A stretch of 64,000 bases of DNA, taken from NCBI GenBank assembly GCA_041577295.1, contig JBFGJG010000022.1, forward strand, positions 1-64,000, given 5' to 3'. Positions within the stretch are counted from its first letter, which is position 1, and the number at the start of each line of letters is the position of its first letter. The position numbers and the translations under genes were made by a program. The notes beneath the pieces are model-generated. The model saw only the letters and a list, made by a program, of their open reading frames with translations. It was not told the origin of the DNA and searched no databases. Of the stretch, positions 9,263 to 19,409 are shown piece by piece. The stretch is from Gemmatimonadales bacterium. Its GTDB lineage: Bacteria; Gemmatimonadota; Gemmatimonadetes; Gemmatimonadales; GWC2-71-9.

Positions 9263-10548
9263 GTCTTGAGCTCGCGCTTCTTCGCTGCAGGAAAGAGAAC
9301 GTTGTTGAGGATCAGGCGGTAGCCGGGTGAGCTGGGATGGAGCGAGAGATCCGTGGGCGGATCGCCAATCTGGTGTTGGGCATCTTCCGGGTCGTGGCCA
9401 CCCAAGAACGTCCACGTGCCCTGGCCAAACTCTCCATGGATGTACTTGACCCAGGGAGCGCCCTGCTCGTCGGCGAGGATGGTGACGCCGGGCTTGAGCC
9501 GTTCGCGATTGAACGAGGTGGTGAGCCCATAGAAGTCCGGGATGACATCGCGGTGCGACTGCACCAGCATGGTTGGCACCGGGTCGATCTTGGCACTAAA
9601 TCCAAACAGCCGAAAAGCACCCAGCGGTTGCCGTCTGGCGGGGTTGTTGACCTGGTGCCCATCGATATCCGAAAAACTGGCAATCGCGGGTGACAGCTCC
9701 AGCGTCACGCGCTCAAAGGCAAAGCTCCTCTCCCACTGCATGCGCCGCGTGGCGTCTGGATCCATAGGGGTGCCGTCGCTGTACTGGGCGGCGACGTCGA
9801 CGCCGTCGGCGGCCATCGCGATCTCCAAGGTCTCGGTCGCCGTGCACATGGCAAACAGAAAACCACCTTGTTCGACGTATCGGCGAATCTGCTGCGCGAC
9901 CCCTTTTTTGAGTGCCGCCACGGAAGAAAAGCCGAGGTTACGGGCCATCTCCGCGTTCTGGTGAACCATCTCCTGCAACCAGCTGCTTCCACTGTACGTA
10001 AGATAGAACTTCGAAAACTGGCCCGTGAAATCCTCGTGATGCAGGTGTAACCATTCGTACTCACGGAGCTTGCCGCCTACCACATCCGCGTCCCACACCT
10101 TTTCATATTCAATTCCAGCATACTGCAGCGCCATGGTGACGGCATCGTCCCACGGCGCGGCGTTGGGCGGAACGTACACGGCGACTTTCGGAGCCTTTTC
10201 GAGCGGCACCGCATCCATATTGCTCGCCTCGATGGTGCCGCGAACCTCCATGACCTTTCCTGCGGTCACCTGCTCCATCACGACACCGGCAAGCGCCGCG
10301 TCACGGCGCACCTGCTCTGTATATGGAAGCAGGAAGCTGCCGCCTCGGTAGTTCAACAGCCACTCCGCTTGCCCGCCGCGCTTCAGTGCGCGAAAGGTGA
10401 CCCCGTAGGCTTTGAGATGCTCCGACTGCCTATCGTCCATCGGAATGAGGATGTGGTCGGTCGCAGGGGAGGATCGCGTCAGCCCCCAGCCGGCAGCCGG
10501 CGAGACCATCAAGCCTGCCACCGTGGTGACGAACTCTCGCCGTCTCAC
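9259..10548 (-). CDS. Tat-exported conserved protein, class I glutamine-amidotransferase-like
   Basis: RRREFV twin-arginine signal; PWDDAVT, WLHLHHEDFTGQ, GGFLFAMC, GGHDPED motifs. Confidence 0.7.
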   Translation of the reverse strand: MRRREFVTTVAGLMVSPAAGWGLTRSSPATDHILIPMDDRQSEHLKAYGVTFRALKRGGQAEWLLNYRGGSFLLPYTEQVRRDAALAGVVMEQVTAGKVMEVRGTIEASNMDAVPLEKAPKVAVYVPPNAAPWDDAVTMALQYAGIEYEKVWDADVVGGKLREYEWLHLHHEDFTGQFSKFYLTYSGSSWLQEMVHQNAEMARNLGFSSVAALKKGVAQQIRRYVEQGGFLFAMCTATETLEIAMAADGVDVAAQYSDGTPMDPDATRRMQWERSFAFERVTLELSPAIASFSDIDGHQVNNPARRQPLGAFRLFGFSAKIDPVPTMLVQSHRDVIPDFYGLTTSFNRERLKPGVTILADEQGAPWVKYIHGEFGQGTWTFLGGHDPEDAQHQIGDPPTDLSLHPSSPGYRLILNNVLFPAAKKRELKT

Positions 10549-12281
10549 GAGCTCGGTACCATTCCTTTCAGTTGATCCATGAGCCGACGGGCCTGCGGAA
10601 CGACGGCGCTCTCGGGATGGTTGAGAATCAGATTCTCTAGAAGTTGGATCGCGTCTTGATTGCGCCCGAGCTTCGCATAGGAAACCGCAAGTGCGTACTC
10701 AGCAGCCGGAGCCGATGGACCCTTGGCGTCCAGCGCAATGGCGTCGAGCAGGAGATCTTCCGCTCTCGCGTAATCGCCGACATCAACAGCCAGCTCGCCG
10801 GCAAAGGCGAGTACCGCAGCCCGACCACCGCGTCCCGGCAAACGCCTAGCGGCGTCCGCCAGCTCGCGGACCGCCCGCGCCGTGTCCCCGCGCACGAGTC
10901 GCTGCAACCCCGATCCCAACAGCGGCACTGTGTCGGCGGCCACTCGCTGAATCAATGCGAGGATCTCCGTGCGTCGGGTTGCCTCCTCGCGCGACTGCGC
11001 GTATGGACCGGCGACACGAAACCGCTCCGTCGCGCCGGCAAGATCACCGCGGTACAGCGCGATCCAACCCTTCACGGCCTCGGCCCCAACACTGGAATCA
11101 CGCGCGATGAGTTGATCGGCACGGTCGAGGTCGCCCTGCAGCACCCGGGCCCATGCAAGCTTCTCTCGCAACATCGCGGCATCTTCTCCCCGCAGACTCT
11201 TCGACCACTGGCGAAACAAGTCCTCCGCCTCCTCTGCACGACCCGCGTCGGCCAACACCCGAATGAGCGCGGCCATGGTCGCGGCCGCATCCGCCCGTCG
11301 CGCCCGGGGATCGAGCGAGACCCCGCCGAGCATACGCTGGGCGGCCCGGAGATCTCCCGCGTCAGCAAACGCCTGCGCTGCCTCGAGCCGAGCTCGCTCA
11401 GCCTCGGCACCACCCGAGAGCTCTGCCAGCCGCTCCAAGGCATAGCCCCGTGCGCGTGCTCCCCCCAACGTGCGAACCTGCCGCGCGCGTTCGGCGAATT
11501 GTGCGAGCACGATCACGGCGGTACCTCGGTCCTCTGGCAAGGCGCTGTCCAGGCGCGTCCACGCCTCCTCCGCACGCCCCCAGGTTAGGAGCAGATCCGC
11601 TGCCAATCGGCGATCGAGGCGTTGCGCCCCGTCGGTATCGAGCAGCGACAGCATCCGCGCATGCATGTGCTCGGGCGCCTCACGCAGCGAAACCACCGCC
11701 GCCGGCTGGACGGTGGGTTCCCACCTCAGTGCCCGCCGCCACGCATCGGTCGCGCCGGCCCAGTCACCGGAGAACACCAGCAGCTCGGCCACCTCGCGCG
11801 CCAGAGCGGGCTCGCCAAGTCGTTCCTGACCCGTCCGCAAGACCTCGTGCGCCCCCGCAAAATCACCACGCTGCGCCAGCCAGAATGCCCAGTGACGGTA
11901 CGGCGCCGAACTCTCCGGTGCGGCACGAATCCATCGGCCGATCACGGCTTCGAGACTGTCCCCACGCTCCACCGCACCCCACACGCGGATCTGCAGCTCC
12001 CGCACGAACTCGCTGGCCGGCGCGACCTGCTCGGCACGAGCGAGGTACGGGACGATCGAATCGAGCGATCCCTGGCGAGAGTAGATGCGCTCCAACCCCA
12101 GTAGTGCTTGAAAGCTCGCGGGTTCTGACGCAAGCATATCACGATAGAGCCGAATCGCGTCGTCGTAACGCCCCCGCCGTTCGAACTCGCGCGCGGTGTT
12201 CACGAGATCGGTCTGGGCATCTGCCCACGCCGGTAGTGCCATGAGCACAGCCACCACGAGCCAGACGTTACGGACGCACAT
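10545..12281 (-). CDS. Secreted tetratricopeptide-repeat protein
   Basis: Signal peptide, repeated TPR-like helices, C-terminal LENLILNHPES. Confidence 0.8.
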   Translation of the reverse strand: MCVRNVWLVVAVLMALPAWADAQTDLVNTAREFERRGRYDDAIRLYRDMLASEPASFQALLGLERIYSRQGSLDSIVPYLARAEQVAPASEFVRELQIRVWGAVERGDSLEAVIGRWIRAAPESSAPYRHWAFWLAQRGDFAGAHEVLRTGQERLGEPALAREVAELLVFSGDWAGATDAWRRALRWEPTVQPAAVVSLREAPEHMHARMLSLLDTDGAQRLDRRLAADLLLTWGRAEEAWTRLDSALPEDRGTAVIVLAQFAERARQVRTLGGARARGYALERLAELSGGAEAERARLEAAQAFADAGDLRAAQRMLGGVSLDPRARRADAAATMAALIRVLADAGRAEEAEDLFRQWSKSLRGEDAAMLREKLAWARVLQGDLDRADQLIARDSSVGAEAVKGWIALYRGDLAGATERFRVAGPYAQSREEATRRTEILALIQRVAADTVPLLGSGLQRLVRGDTARAVRELADAARRLPGRGGRAAVLAFAGELAVDVGDYARAEDLLLDAIALDAKGPSAPAAEYALAVSYAKLGRNQDAIQLLENLILNHPESAVVPQARRLMDQLKGMVPSS

Positions 12282-15200
12282 CGTTCAACCGGCGGAAATA
12301 GTCGAGAATGAGTCGCCGTTCCTCGGGAGAGAGGCTCTGGAGCTCCTCCCAAGTCGGGTAACGGAATCTCGGCCCATCATGAGTCGGCACGACGCCAAAT
12401 GGTGGCCGCTTTTCGACCGACGGATCGGCCGTCTCGCTGATCCGTTCCATACGTTCGTCCTCTTCTTCTTTACGCAGCGAACGGCCCGCATCCAACAACC
12501 GATGGTATAACTGCTCCTGTCGCTCAACCGTTTCACGATCCAAGCGGCCTGACTCGAGATCTCCTGCGATCTCGCGCGCGTCATCAGCGAGCTCGTCGGC
12601 CCCACTCACCTCACCCTGCGCGTCCATCCGGTCGAGTTCGTTTGCCAACGATCGCTGCCGCTCGGCCATCGCGCGGAGCTGTTGCATCAGCTGCGCACCA
12701 CCCATCGACATGAGTGACTGCATCTGACCGGTCTCATTGTTGAGCGCGCCTTGCTGCTCCGCCAACTGCGCCATGCGTTCCAGCGCCTCCTGAAGCCCCG
12801 ACCCGGACTGCGCTCCGGCTACGTCGCTCCGCGTCCGCAGGAGCGCGTGCGCCACGGCGTTGAGTGCGTCGACCGCCTGCCCCGCCCGCTCCCCCGCCTG
12901 TCGCGAATTGGGAACGGGACGTTGGAGCTGTTCGAGCACCTGATCCATGCGGAGCTTGGCGAACCCGAGGGCCGCGCCCAGCTGCGGGGAGACCAGCGCG
13001 TTCTTCCCAGCCGCGCCTTCGACGCGCTGCATCACGCGCTCGACCCCGTCGCGCAACGCGGCCTGCTCGCCGCGGAGATCGCCGCCGGACTCACCCCTAT
13101 TGAGGCGCTCCGTGACACCCTCCTGGCGTTGCGCGAGATCGGCGGCTTCGACCAGCGCGCGATCCATGGCATCCAGCACTTCTTGCCTCCACCCCTGGCG
13201 CAGCTGATCGCGCTGCTGTCGGAGCTGTTCGCTCAACGGGTTGAGCGATTCGCTGGCGGACTGCCCCGATCGCTGCGCGCCCTGCTGTTGTCCCTGGTCC
13301 GCTTGGCGCGCCGCCTGTTGCATGTGGCGCGCGGCGTCGCTGGCTTGCTGCCCCGCCTGCTCGAGCGTCGCGCCCCGTTCACCAAGCGAGTCCAGCGTGT
13401 TGCCCAGCTCGCGGAGTTCGCTTGCTAGCGAGTCGGCGCGCGCGGCCAGCTCGCGCTCTGCATCTGCCATCGCGTCGTTGACACTCCGTTCAGCATCGCG
13501 GTTCCACTCTTGCTGCAGACGTGCCAACTCGTCCGCGTCCTGCGCTAGGGTGGTCATCTCCCCCTCCATCGCCGCGCGCTGGAACAGCTCCCGACCGCGC
13601 TCGAACTCCTCGCGCAGCCGTTCCGCCGCTTGGGCGAGCTCCTCGAGTGCCTCCCGCACCGCTGGCGCGTCGAGGCGCTCGAGCGCTTCACGCAACCCCT
13701 GGAGGCGCTGTGCAATCTCCTCCGTCACCGCGCGGTCGAGCAGCTCGCGGAGATCGCGCAGCTGTCGTTGAAACTCCGGATCGGTGAGACCGGCATTCCA
13801 CGCCGCCTCCTGGAGCGCGCGGAGCTCGTCACGCAACTGCTGCGCCCGCTCCAACGTCTGCTGCTGCCGGTCGGCGAGCTCGCGTGCCCGCTGCACCGAG
13901 GTAAAGGGAAGCTGCTCCGTCGATTGACCACCCCGCTCAGGCCGATCTCCCTGGCGGCGCTCACGCTCCGCCGCAAGGTCCTCCATGTTGCGGGCGAGCT
14001 CACGCTGTGCGGCGGTGAGCGAATCGGTACCACGAGCGATCGCCTCGGTCGATCGTCGCATTGCCTCACGAAGCTCTCCCAGAGACGGGAGCCGGAGACG
14101 GTACGCGGGGCTCTCACCAACCTGCGGCTGGGGCGCGTTGTCGCGCGCCCGCACCTTGAAGTAGGCCGTGTCGCCGGGGACGAAGCCACGTCCGTTGAGG
14201 TCCAGCACCCACTGCAACACCGCCCGCTCGGGGCCACCCTCGGGCAGCGGGATCTGCTCCACAGTTACAGGACGGCGTTCGCCCAAGCGTGTAACGCGCC
14301 AGCTGAGCAACTCGACACCGGTCAGGGCGTGATCATCACGGGCATCGACCACGAGGGGGACTGTCAGCGCAAGAGGAGCGGTCGTGTCAGCACCGGGCAC
14401 CGGGACGGCGACGATCGGAACGCTGTCCGGCAGCGCGATGACCGCGAGTTCGGGGGGCGCGTCGTCGAGCGAGTCCCCGCCCACGGGCGTCACCACCAAC
14501 CGCCAGCGAGCGCTCCCCCAAACTATCAGGGCCCCACGGAAGCTCCTGCCCTCGGCTTCCAACTGCACTCCGTCCTCGGCCGATGCGTTGTCCTTGTCAG
14601 CTCGTTGCCACGCGGCACCCGTTACATCGACTGTCGCCTCACCACGAGTCGTCACGCGGGTCCCCACCGGCAGCAAGATCGGTTCAGGACCGGGGAGCAA
14701 TGGCTCGTCCGGAAACCCGAGATACTCGGGATAACGGGCCATCAGCTGAAGGGACGCCAGGAAGGCGGGAAGCGCCACACGGACGTGGAGCGTGTCCGAT
14801 GAAACGCCGTCGCTCACAGCGCGCAGGAAGCGATCGGCTTCCAGCGGACCCAAGACCGCCGTTGCCCCCCCGACACTGTCCAGCACGAGGGTACGGCCAC
14901 CCCATGGTTCGCCCGGAGGGCGAGCCCACAACGTCGCGCTTCGGCGACCCGGTGCCCGTACGGTCACCTGCACGCTCTCACCCCTGCGCACGTCGGCACG
15001 GTCGACCGCGATCGTTACCGCACCAGGTCGCTCGGCAATTAGCGAGAAGGGACGCCAGAATTTGTTCCCTGACGCGTCGCGCATCGCGGTCGCAAGGGCG
15101 GCGGTCCCGACGGCAAACGTCAACGTACCGAGCCAAAGCGACTTGGTTGCCGCCCCACGCACCCCGTCTAGCGCCGCCCGGCCACGTTGTTGGAGCCAGC

Positions 15201-15570
15201 CCAGGGCCTGACGATCCGCGATCGAGGCGAGCGCCGCCGACCCAACGCCAGGCTCGAACGCGGCCGGGGCGGCGATTGACCCACGGCGTAACCCACCGGA
15301 CCGTTCCGCCTCCGACGCGAGCAGCGGAAGGTGGTTGGACCGGGCGCGCTTGCGATACCAGATCATCCCGCCAGCGACTGCCGCGGCTGCGGCCAACCAA
15401 CCTGCCATGACCAACGCTGGGAATGTCTGATACACGCCGAGTCGGCCCAACAGAACGCCAAGGGCTAACGCACTCAGCACGGCCCCCATCGTGAGCAACA
15501 CACCTGCCCCGACCAATCGACGGGCCACGCCGCTGCGTTCGGCCTCGAGCCACCGTCTGGTTTCCGTCAT
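12268..15570 (-). CDS. DUF4175-like membrane protein with long Gln/Glu-rich coiled coil
   Basis: N-terminal TMs, ARDDHAL and RARDN Ig-like segments, coiled coil, terminal ILDYFRRLN. Confidence 0.75.
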   Translation of the reverse strand: MTETRRWLEAERSGVARRLVGAGVLLTMGAVLSALALGVLLGRLGVYQTFPALVMAGWLAAAAAVAGGMIWYRKRARSNHLPLLASEAERSGGLRRGSIAAPAAFEPGVGSAALASIADRQALGWLQQRGRAALDGVRGAATKSLWLGTLTFAVGTAALATAMRDASGNKFWRPFSLIAERPGAVTIAVDRADVRRGESVQVTVRAPGRRSATLWARPPGEPWGGRTLVLDSVGGATAVLGPLEADRFLRAVSDGVSSDTLHVRVALPAFLASLQLMARYPEYLGFPDEPLLPGPEPILLPVGTRVTTRGEATVDVTGAAWQRADKDNASAEDGVQLEAEGRSFRGALIVWGSARWRLVVTPVGGDSLDDAPPELAVIALPDSVPIVAVPVPGADTTAPLALTVPLVVDARDDHALTGVELLSWRVTRLGERRPVTVEQIPLPEGGPERAVLQWVLDLNGRGFVPGDTAYFKVRARDNAPQPQVGESPAYRLRLPSLGELREAMRRSTEAIARGTDSLTAAQRELARNMEDLAAERERRQGDRPERGGQSTEQLPFTSVQRARELADRQQQTLERAQQLRDELRALQEAAWNAGLTDPEFQRQLRDLRELLDRAVTEEIAQRLQGLREALERLDAPAVREALEELAQAAERLREEFERGRELFQRAAMEGEMTTLAQDADELARLQQEWNRDAERSVNDAMADAERELAARADSLASELRELGNTLDSLGERGATLEQAGQQASDAARHMQQAARQADQGQQQGAQRSGQSASESLNPLSEQLRQQRDQLRQGWRQEVLDAMDRALVEAADLAQRQEGVTERLNRGESGGDLRGEQAALRDGVERVMQRVEGAAGKNALVSPQLGAALGFAKLRMDQVLEQLQRPVPNSRQAGERAGQAVDALNAVAHALLRTRSDVAGAQSGSGLQEALERMAQLAEQQGALNNETGQMQSLMSMGGAQLMQQLRAMAERQRSLANELDRMDAQGEVSGADELADDAREIAGDLESGRLDRETVERQEQLYHRLLDAGRSLRKEEEDERMERISETADPSVEKRPPFGVVPTHDGPRFRYPTWEELQSLSPEERRLILDYFRRLNDVRP

Positions 15571-16232
15571 GGCGTGGCGGTTACCGCGTACACGAAGAGG
15601 TTGATGCCCATGCGGAGTGCGCGCTCGCGTACCGGGGTGGGATCACCGTGCACGTCGGGATCCTCCCAACCATCGCCGAGATCGGACTGATACGAATAGA
15701 AAACGGCGAGCCGCTGGCCCACAAAGATCCCGAGCCCCTGGGCGGGAAGCCCGTCGTGTTCGTGGATCTTCGGAAGTCCGTTGGCAAAGTCGTACACGAT
15801 GTGGTACACGGGATGATCGGCCGGCACGTCCACCAATGGTTGGTCGGGGAACACCCGAGCGATTTCACGTCGGAACGACTCGTCCATCCCGTAGTTGTCA
15901 TCGGCATGGAGGAACCCCCCGTTTTCGAGGTAGCGACGCAAGATCCGCACCTCATCGTCCGTGAATCGGACGTTGCCATGACCGGTCATATAGAGGTACG
16001 GAACCTCCCACAGATCCGGGCTGGTCAGGCGCACGACCTGCTCGCGATCAGACACGCGCAGGGCCGTACGCTCGCGAATGACGCGGAGGAGATTCGTCAC
16101 GCTCGACTGGTTGGCGTACCAATCGCCGCCGCCATCGTACTGCAAACGGCCGATCACGAGGTCCCCGGGCGGAGCGGCAACGGCCGGGACGACCGTTGCC
16201 GCGATCGCGACCAACACCGCCACACGTGTCAT
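15567..16232 (-). CDS. DUF4159 family protein
   Basis: RLQYDGGGDWY, YLYMTGHG, GGFLHADDNYG, SDLGDGWED. Confidence 0.85.
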   Translation of the reverse strand: MTRVAVLVAIAATVVPAVAAPPGDLVIGRLQYDGGGDWYANQSSVTNLLRVIRERTALRVSDREQVVRLTSPDLWEVPYLYMTGHGNVRFTDDEVRILRRYLENGGFLHADDNYGMDESFRREIARVFPDQPLVDVPADHPVYHIVYDFANGLPKIHEHDGLPAQGLGIFVGQRLAVFYSYQSDLGDGWEDPDVHGDPTPVRERALRMGINLFVYAVTATP

Positions 16233-17062
16233 AAGTCGGCCACCAGTCGATAGGCTTCATTGCGTGAGCAGTCGAATTCTGACGTCAGGCGAGCCGCCAC
16301 GTCCCGACGGCTCATCCCCTGCGCTAGGAGGGCCGCGGCGTGGTCACGCACCTGCTGCTCATCGACTCTTGCGGCGCCTGGTGGGCTTCCGGCCACCAAC
16401 ACCGTCACCTCGCCACGGGGGGGACGTTGTTCGTAATACGCCGCCAACTCACTGAGAGTTCCTGACTTAAGCTCTTCGTGCACCTTTGTCAGCTCCCGCG
16501 CCACCGCGGCTTCGCGATCGTGCCCACAGCACTCCTTCAGGTCCTCGAGCAACCCAACCAAGCGTTCGGGGGACTCGAAGAGAACCACCGTCCAGGGGCT
16601 CTCCGCAACTGCTTGTAAGATCCGCTTCCTCGCCTTCCCTTTCCGAGGCGCGAACCCCATGAACGCGTACCGGTCCGCGGGAAGTCCCGAGACACTGAGC
16701 GCCGCCGTCACAGCCGATGGGCCTACTACGGCCACCGTGGGCGCGCCCAACTCCCGGGCCCGGCGGACGAGGGCCACTCCTGGATCACTCACCGTTGGAG
16801 TCCCGGCGTCTGTGAGAAGCGCCACATCCTGGCCTTTCGCCAGCACTTCGACCACCTCGTCGAGCCGGCGGGGCGGTGAATGCGCGTGGTAGCTCAGGAG
16901 CTGGGGATGGGCGCCGACGTGCTGCAGGAGGATGCGCGCTCGTCGGGTATCTTCGGCGGCCACGACCGGCACGTCGCAAAGGATCCGTCGGGCCCGGTCT
17001 GACAGATCCTCGAGATTCCCCAGTGGTGTTGCGACGACGTAGAGTGTGCCAGGTGTGCTCAC
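16229..17062 (-). CDS. rsmI: 16S rRNA C1402 2'-O-methyltransferase
   Basis: GTLYVVATPLGNLEDLS, AAEDTR, DAGTPTVSDPG, ARELTKVHEE; start reset to GTG 17062. Confidence 0.95.
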   Translation of the reverse strand: MSTPGTLYVVATPLGNLEDLSDRARRILCDVPVVAAEDTRRARILLQHVGAHPQLLSYHAHSPPRRLDEVVEVLAKGQDVALLTDAGTPTVSDPGVALVRRARELGAPTVAVVGPSAVTAALSVSGLPADRYAFMGFAPRKGKARKRILQAVAESPWTVVLFESPERLVGLLEDLKECCGHDREAAVARELTKVHEELKSGTLSELAAYYEQRPPRGEVTVLVAGSPPGAARVDEQQVRDHAAALLAQGMSRRDVAARLTSEFDCSRNEAYRLVADL

Positions 17063-17194
17063 TGGTCGGCACCGCGGCGAGGGGGGTATCGAATGTCGGC
17101 GGGGCAAAACGGTAGCGGCCGGCCGCCACGCGCGGACGGTGAGGATCCGTGGGCCGGCCGGCATTTGCGACCGGCTAGCCCACGAACGCCCGCT

Positions 17195-17533
17195 TCAGTT
17201 CCCGGCGAGGTGTTTGTCGATCTTGTCCACAAGGTGGGCTTTGGGCACCGCGCCGACGACAGTGTCGACATGTTTCCCGTGCTTGAAGAACAGCACACTG
17301 GGAATCGATCGGACACCCAGCCGCATGGCCGTCTGCTGGTTGGAATCGACATCCAGCTTAGCCACTTTGACTTTCCCTTCGTACTCTTTGGCGATCTGCT
17401 CGATAACGGGGGCGATGATTTGACACGGGCCACACCAGGTCGCCCAAAAATCGACGATCGCGAGGCCTTCGTGTTGCTCGATCTCTTTTGCGAAATCGGC
17501 GTCTTTCACCGCCACCAGATTCGTCACTCCCAT
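17195..17533 (-). CDS. trxA: Thioredoxin
   Basis: VDFWATWCGPC, RSIP; AGGGAG RBS upstream. Confidence 0.97.
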   Translation of the reverse strand: MGVTNLVAVKDADFAKEIEQHEGLAIVDFWATWCGPCQIIAPVIEQIAKEYEGKVKVAKLDVDSNQQTAMRLGVRSIPSVLFFKHGKHVDTVVGAVPKAHLVDKIDKHLAGN

Positions 17534-17623
17534 GTCTCACTCCCTACCTGTATGTTGCGCTCGTGTAGTCCCCAAGCGTGCTGACGCACCAGTCGGCCGC
17601 TCACGCATGCTTACGGAGGTGAC

Positions 17624-18022
17624 GTGACCGATTCTCCAGCCCGCATCGCCCACATTGGCATCGCGGTACGCGACCTCGCTGAAGCCGCGCAGTTCTATCG
17701 GGACGTACTCAACCTCCCGACATCCACCCCAGAAACAGCCGACGGGGCTGAAATAGTTTCCGTCCCCTTTGGCGAGGTCGATGTCGAACTCCTCGCACCA
17801 CGCGAACCCGACAGCCCAATCGCCAAGTTCCTCGCGAAGCGGGGTCCGGGCATTCACCACATCTGCTTCCGAGTGCCCGACTTGGACGCGGCGCTGGACG
17901 CGTGTCGTCGCCACGACTACCGGCTGGTCGATCAGGTACCCCGGAAGGGGGCCGGAGGGCGCAGGATTGCGTTCATCCACCCGAAAGCGACAGCAGGGAT
18001 TTTGCTCGAGCTCACGGAATAG
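17624..18022 (+). CDS. mce: Methylmalonyl-CoA epimerase
   Basis: IAHIGIAV, RGPGIHHICF, AFIHPK...LLELTE; GGAGGT RBS. Confidence 0.92.
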   Translation: MTDSPARIAHIGIAVRDLAEAAQFYRDVLNLPTSTPETADGAEIVSVPFGEVDVELLAPREPDSPIAKFLAKRGPGIHHICFRVPDLDAALDACRRHDYRLVDQVPRKGAGGRRIAFIHPKATAGILLELTE

Positions 18023-18503
18023 TGTCCCGCCCGGTGGTGCTTGGCCGCCTCACGCGTGAACACTCGCGGGCTGGGTTTCCGGCGGCCGCTAAATCGACGC
18101 TGTTGACCAGCCAACCTCCCCCGTACCGCACCAGCGAGAACGGAATCGAGGGGGTGCACCCCCTGCGCGTGATCCGCACGACGAAATCGCGTTTGCCGCC
18201 GTCGGTTGTACTGACGATGGCTGGGAGAATCTCGAAGCTGTCGTGGACTAAATACACCTGAATCACCGACAACCGTTGCCGCAACTCCTCGCTCTTCATT
18301 GTCTTCGACGCCGGCCCCTTGGACGTGCCCCACAGGTTCGCCATTCCCCGGAGGTCCTGCGCCCGTACTGCTCCCATGAATCCCTGTATCGCGCTCTCCG
18401 GATCGATTGGCGTGGGCACGGTCGTGGTGTCCTTCCCACCACACGCACCTATGATGAGCGCGAGTGCGAGCGTCGGTATACTTCTACGCATCCGTCTTGC
18501 CAC
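18012..18503 (-). CDS. Hypothetical lipoprotein
   Basis: Hydrophobic signal ending in lipobox IGAC; small alpha/beta domain with two further Cys. Confidence 0.7.
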   Translation of the reverse strand: MARRMRRSIPTLALALIIGACGGKDTTTVPTPIDPESAIQGFMGAVRAQDLRGMANLWGTSKGPASKTMKSEELRQRLSVIQVYLVHDSFEILPAIVSTTDGGKRDFVVRITRRGCTPSIPFSLVRYGGGWLVNSVDLAAAGNPARECSRVRRPSTTGRDTIP

Positions 18504-18567
18504 TGTCGCGGTTCTCGTTCATTTACGATCGAACGAAGCTAAACGCTTACAAATCACGGGGCAAGAA

Positions 18568-19290
18568 ATGCGGCTCTATGTGAACGTCGATCACGTGGCA
18601 ACCGTGCGACAGGCGCGGCGCACGGACGAGCCAGACCCCGTCGAGGCGGCAGCATTGTGCGAGCGGGCGGGTGCGGACGGCATCACGGTTCACCTGCGGG
18701 AGGACCGACGGCATATCCAGGATGAGGACGTCACGCGGCTCGCCAGCTCCGTCACGACGGTTCTCAACCTCGAGCTAGCGACGAGCGAAGAGATTGTGGC
18801 GCTCGCGTGCAGGCTGACGCCACACCAGACCACCGTGGTGCCCGAGCGGCGCGAGGAGATCACTACCGAGGGTGGGCTCGATCTCACCCGAGATGTCGCA
18901 CGGATGCACGAAGTGGTGCAACGACTTGCCGGTGCGGGAATCCGTGTGAGCCTGTTCATTGACCCCGATCTCAGAACCATCGATCGCGCGGCGAAGATTG
19001 CCGGCGTGACGGCTATCGAGCTGCACACCGGTGACTACGCCAACACTTACCGAACGTCGGACGCCGGCCTCGAGCGGTTGCGCTTGGCGGCCGCTCACGC
19101 GTGTCAGGCGGGGCTCGCCGTGCACGCAGGGCACGGTCTCACACCGCGCAACGTCTCCCCGGTGGCGGCAATCCCCGAAATCGAGGAGTTGAACATCGGC
19201 CACACGATCGTCAGTCGGAGCATCATGGTGGGCATGATCGCTGCGGTCCGAGAAATGCGAGAACTCATCGATGCCGCCCGCGTTGACTAA
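18568..19290 (+). CDS. pdxJ: Pyridoxine 5'-phosphate synthase
   Basis: [43 protein letters not shown]. Confidence 0.96.
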   Translation: MRLYVNVDHVATVRQARRTDEPDPVEAAALCERAGADGITVHLREDRRHIQDEDVTRLASSVTTVLNLELATSEEIVALACRLTPHQTTVVPERREEITTEGGLDLTRDVARMHEVVQRLAGAGIRVSLFIDPDLRTIDRAAKIAGVTAIELHTGDYANTYRTSDAGLERLRLAAAHACQAGLAVHAGHGLTPRNVSPVAAIPEIEELNIGHTIVSRSIMVGMIAAVREMRELIDAARVD

Positions 19291-19409
19291 CCTCAGGTGG
19301 TTCCGTAGCTTAGGCGGGCTGACCGTACCTGAGCCGTGATCCGGTTTCTCCACGCGAGACGTGCACGGCTACCAACTTCTAACGTCTGGATGCTGGCACC
19401 CAACACGTC

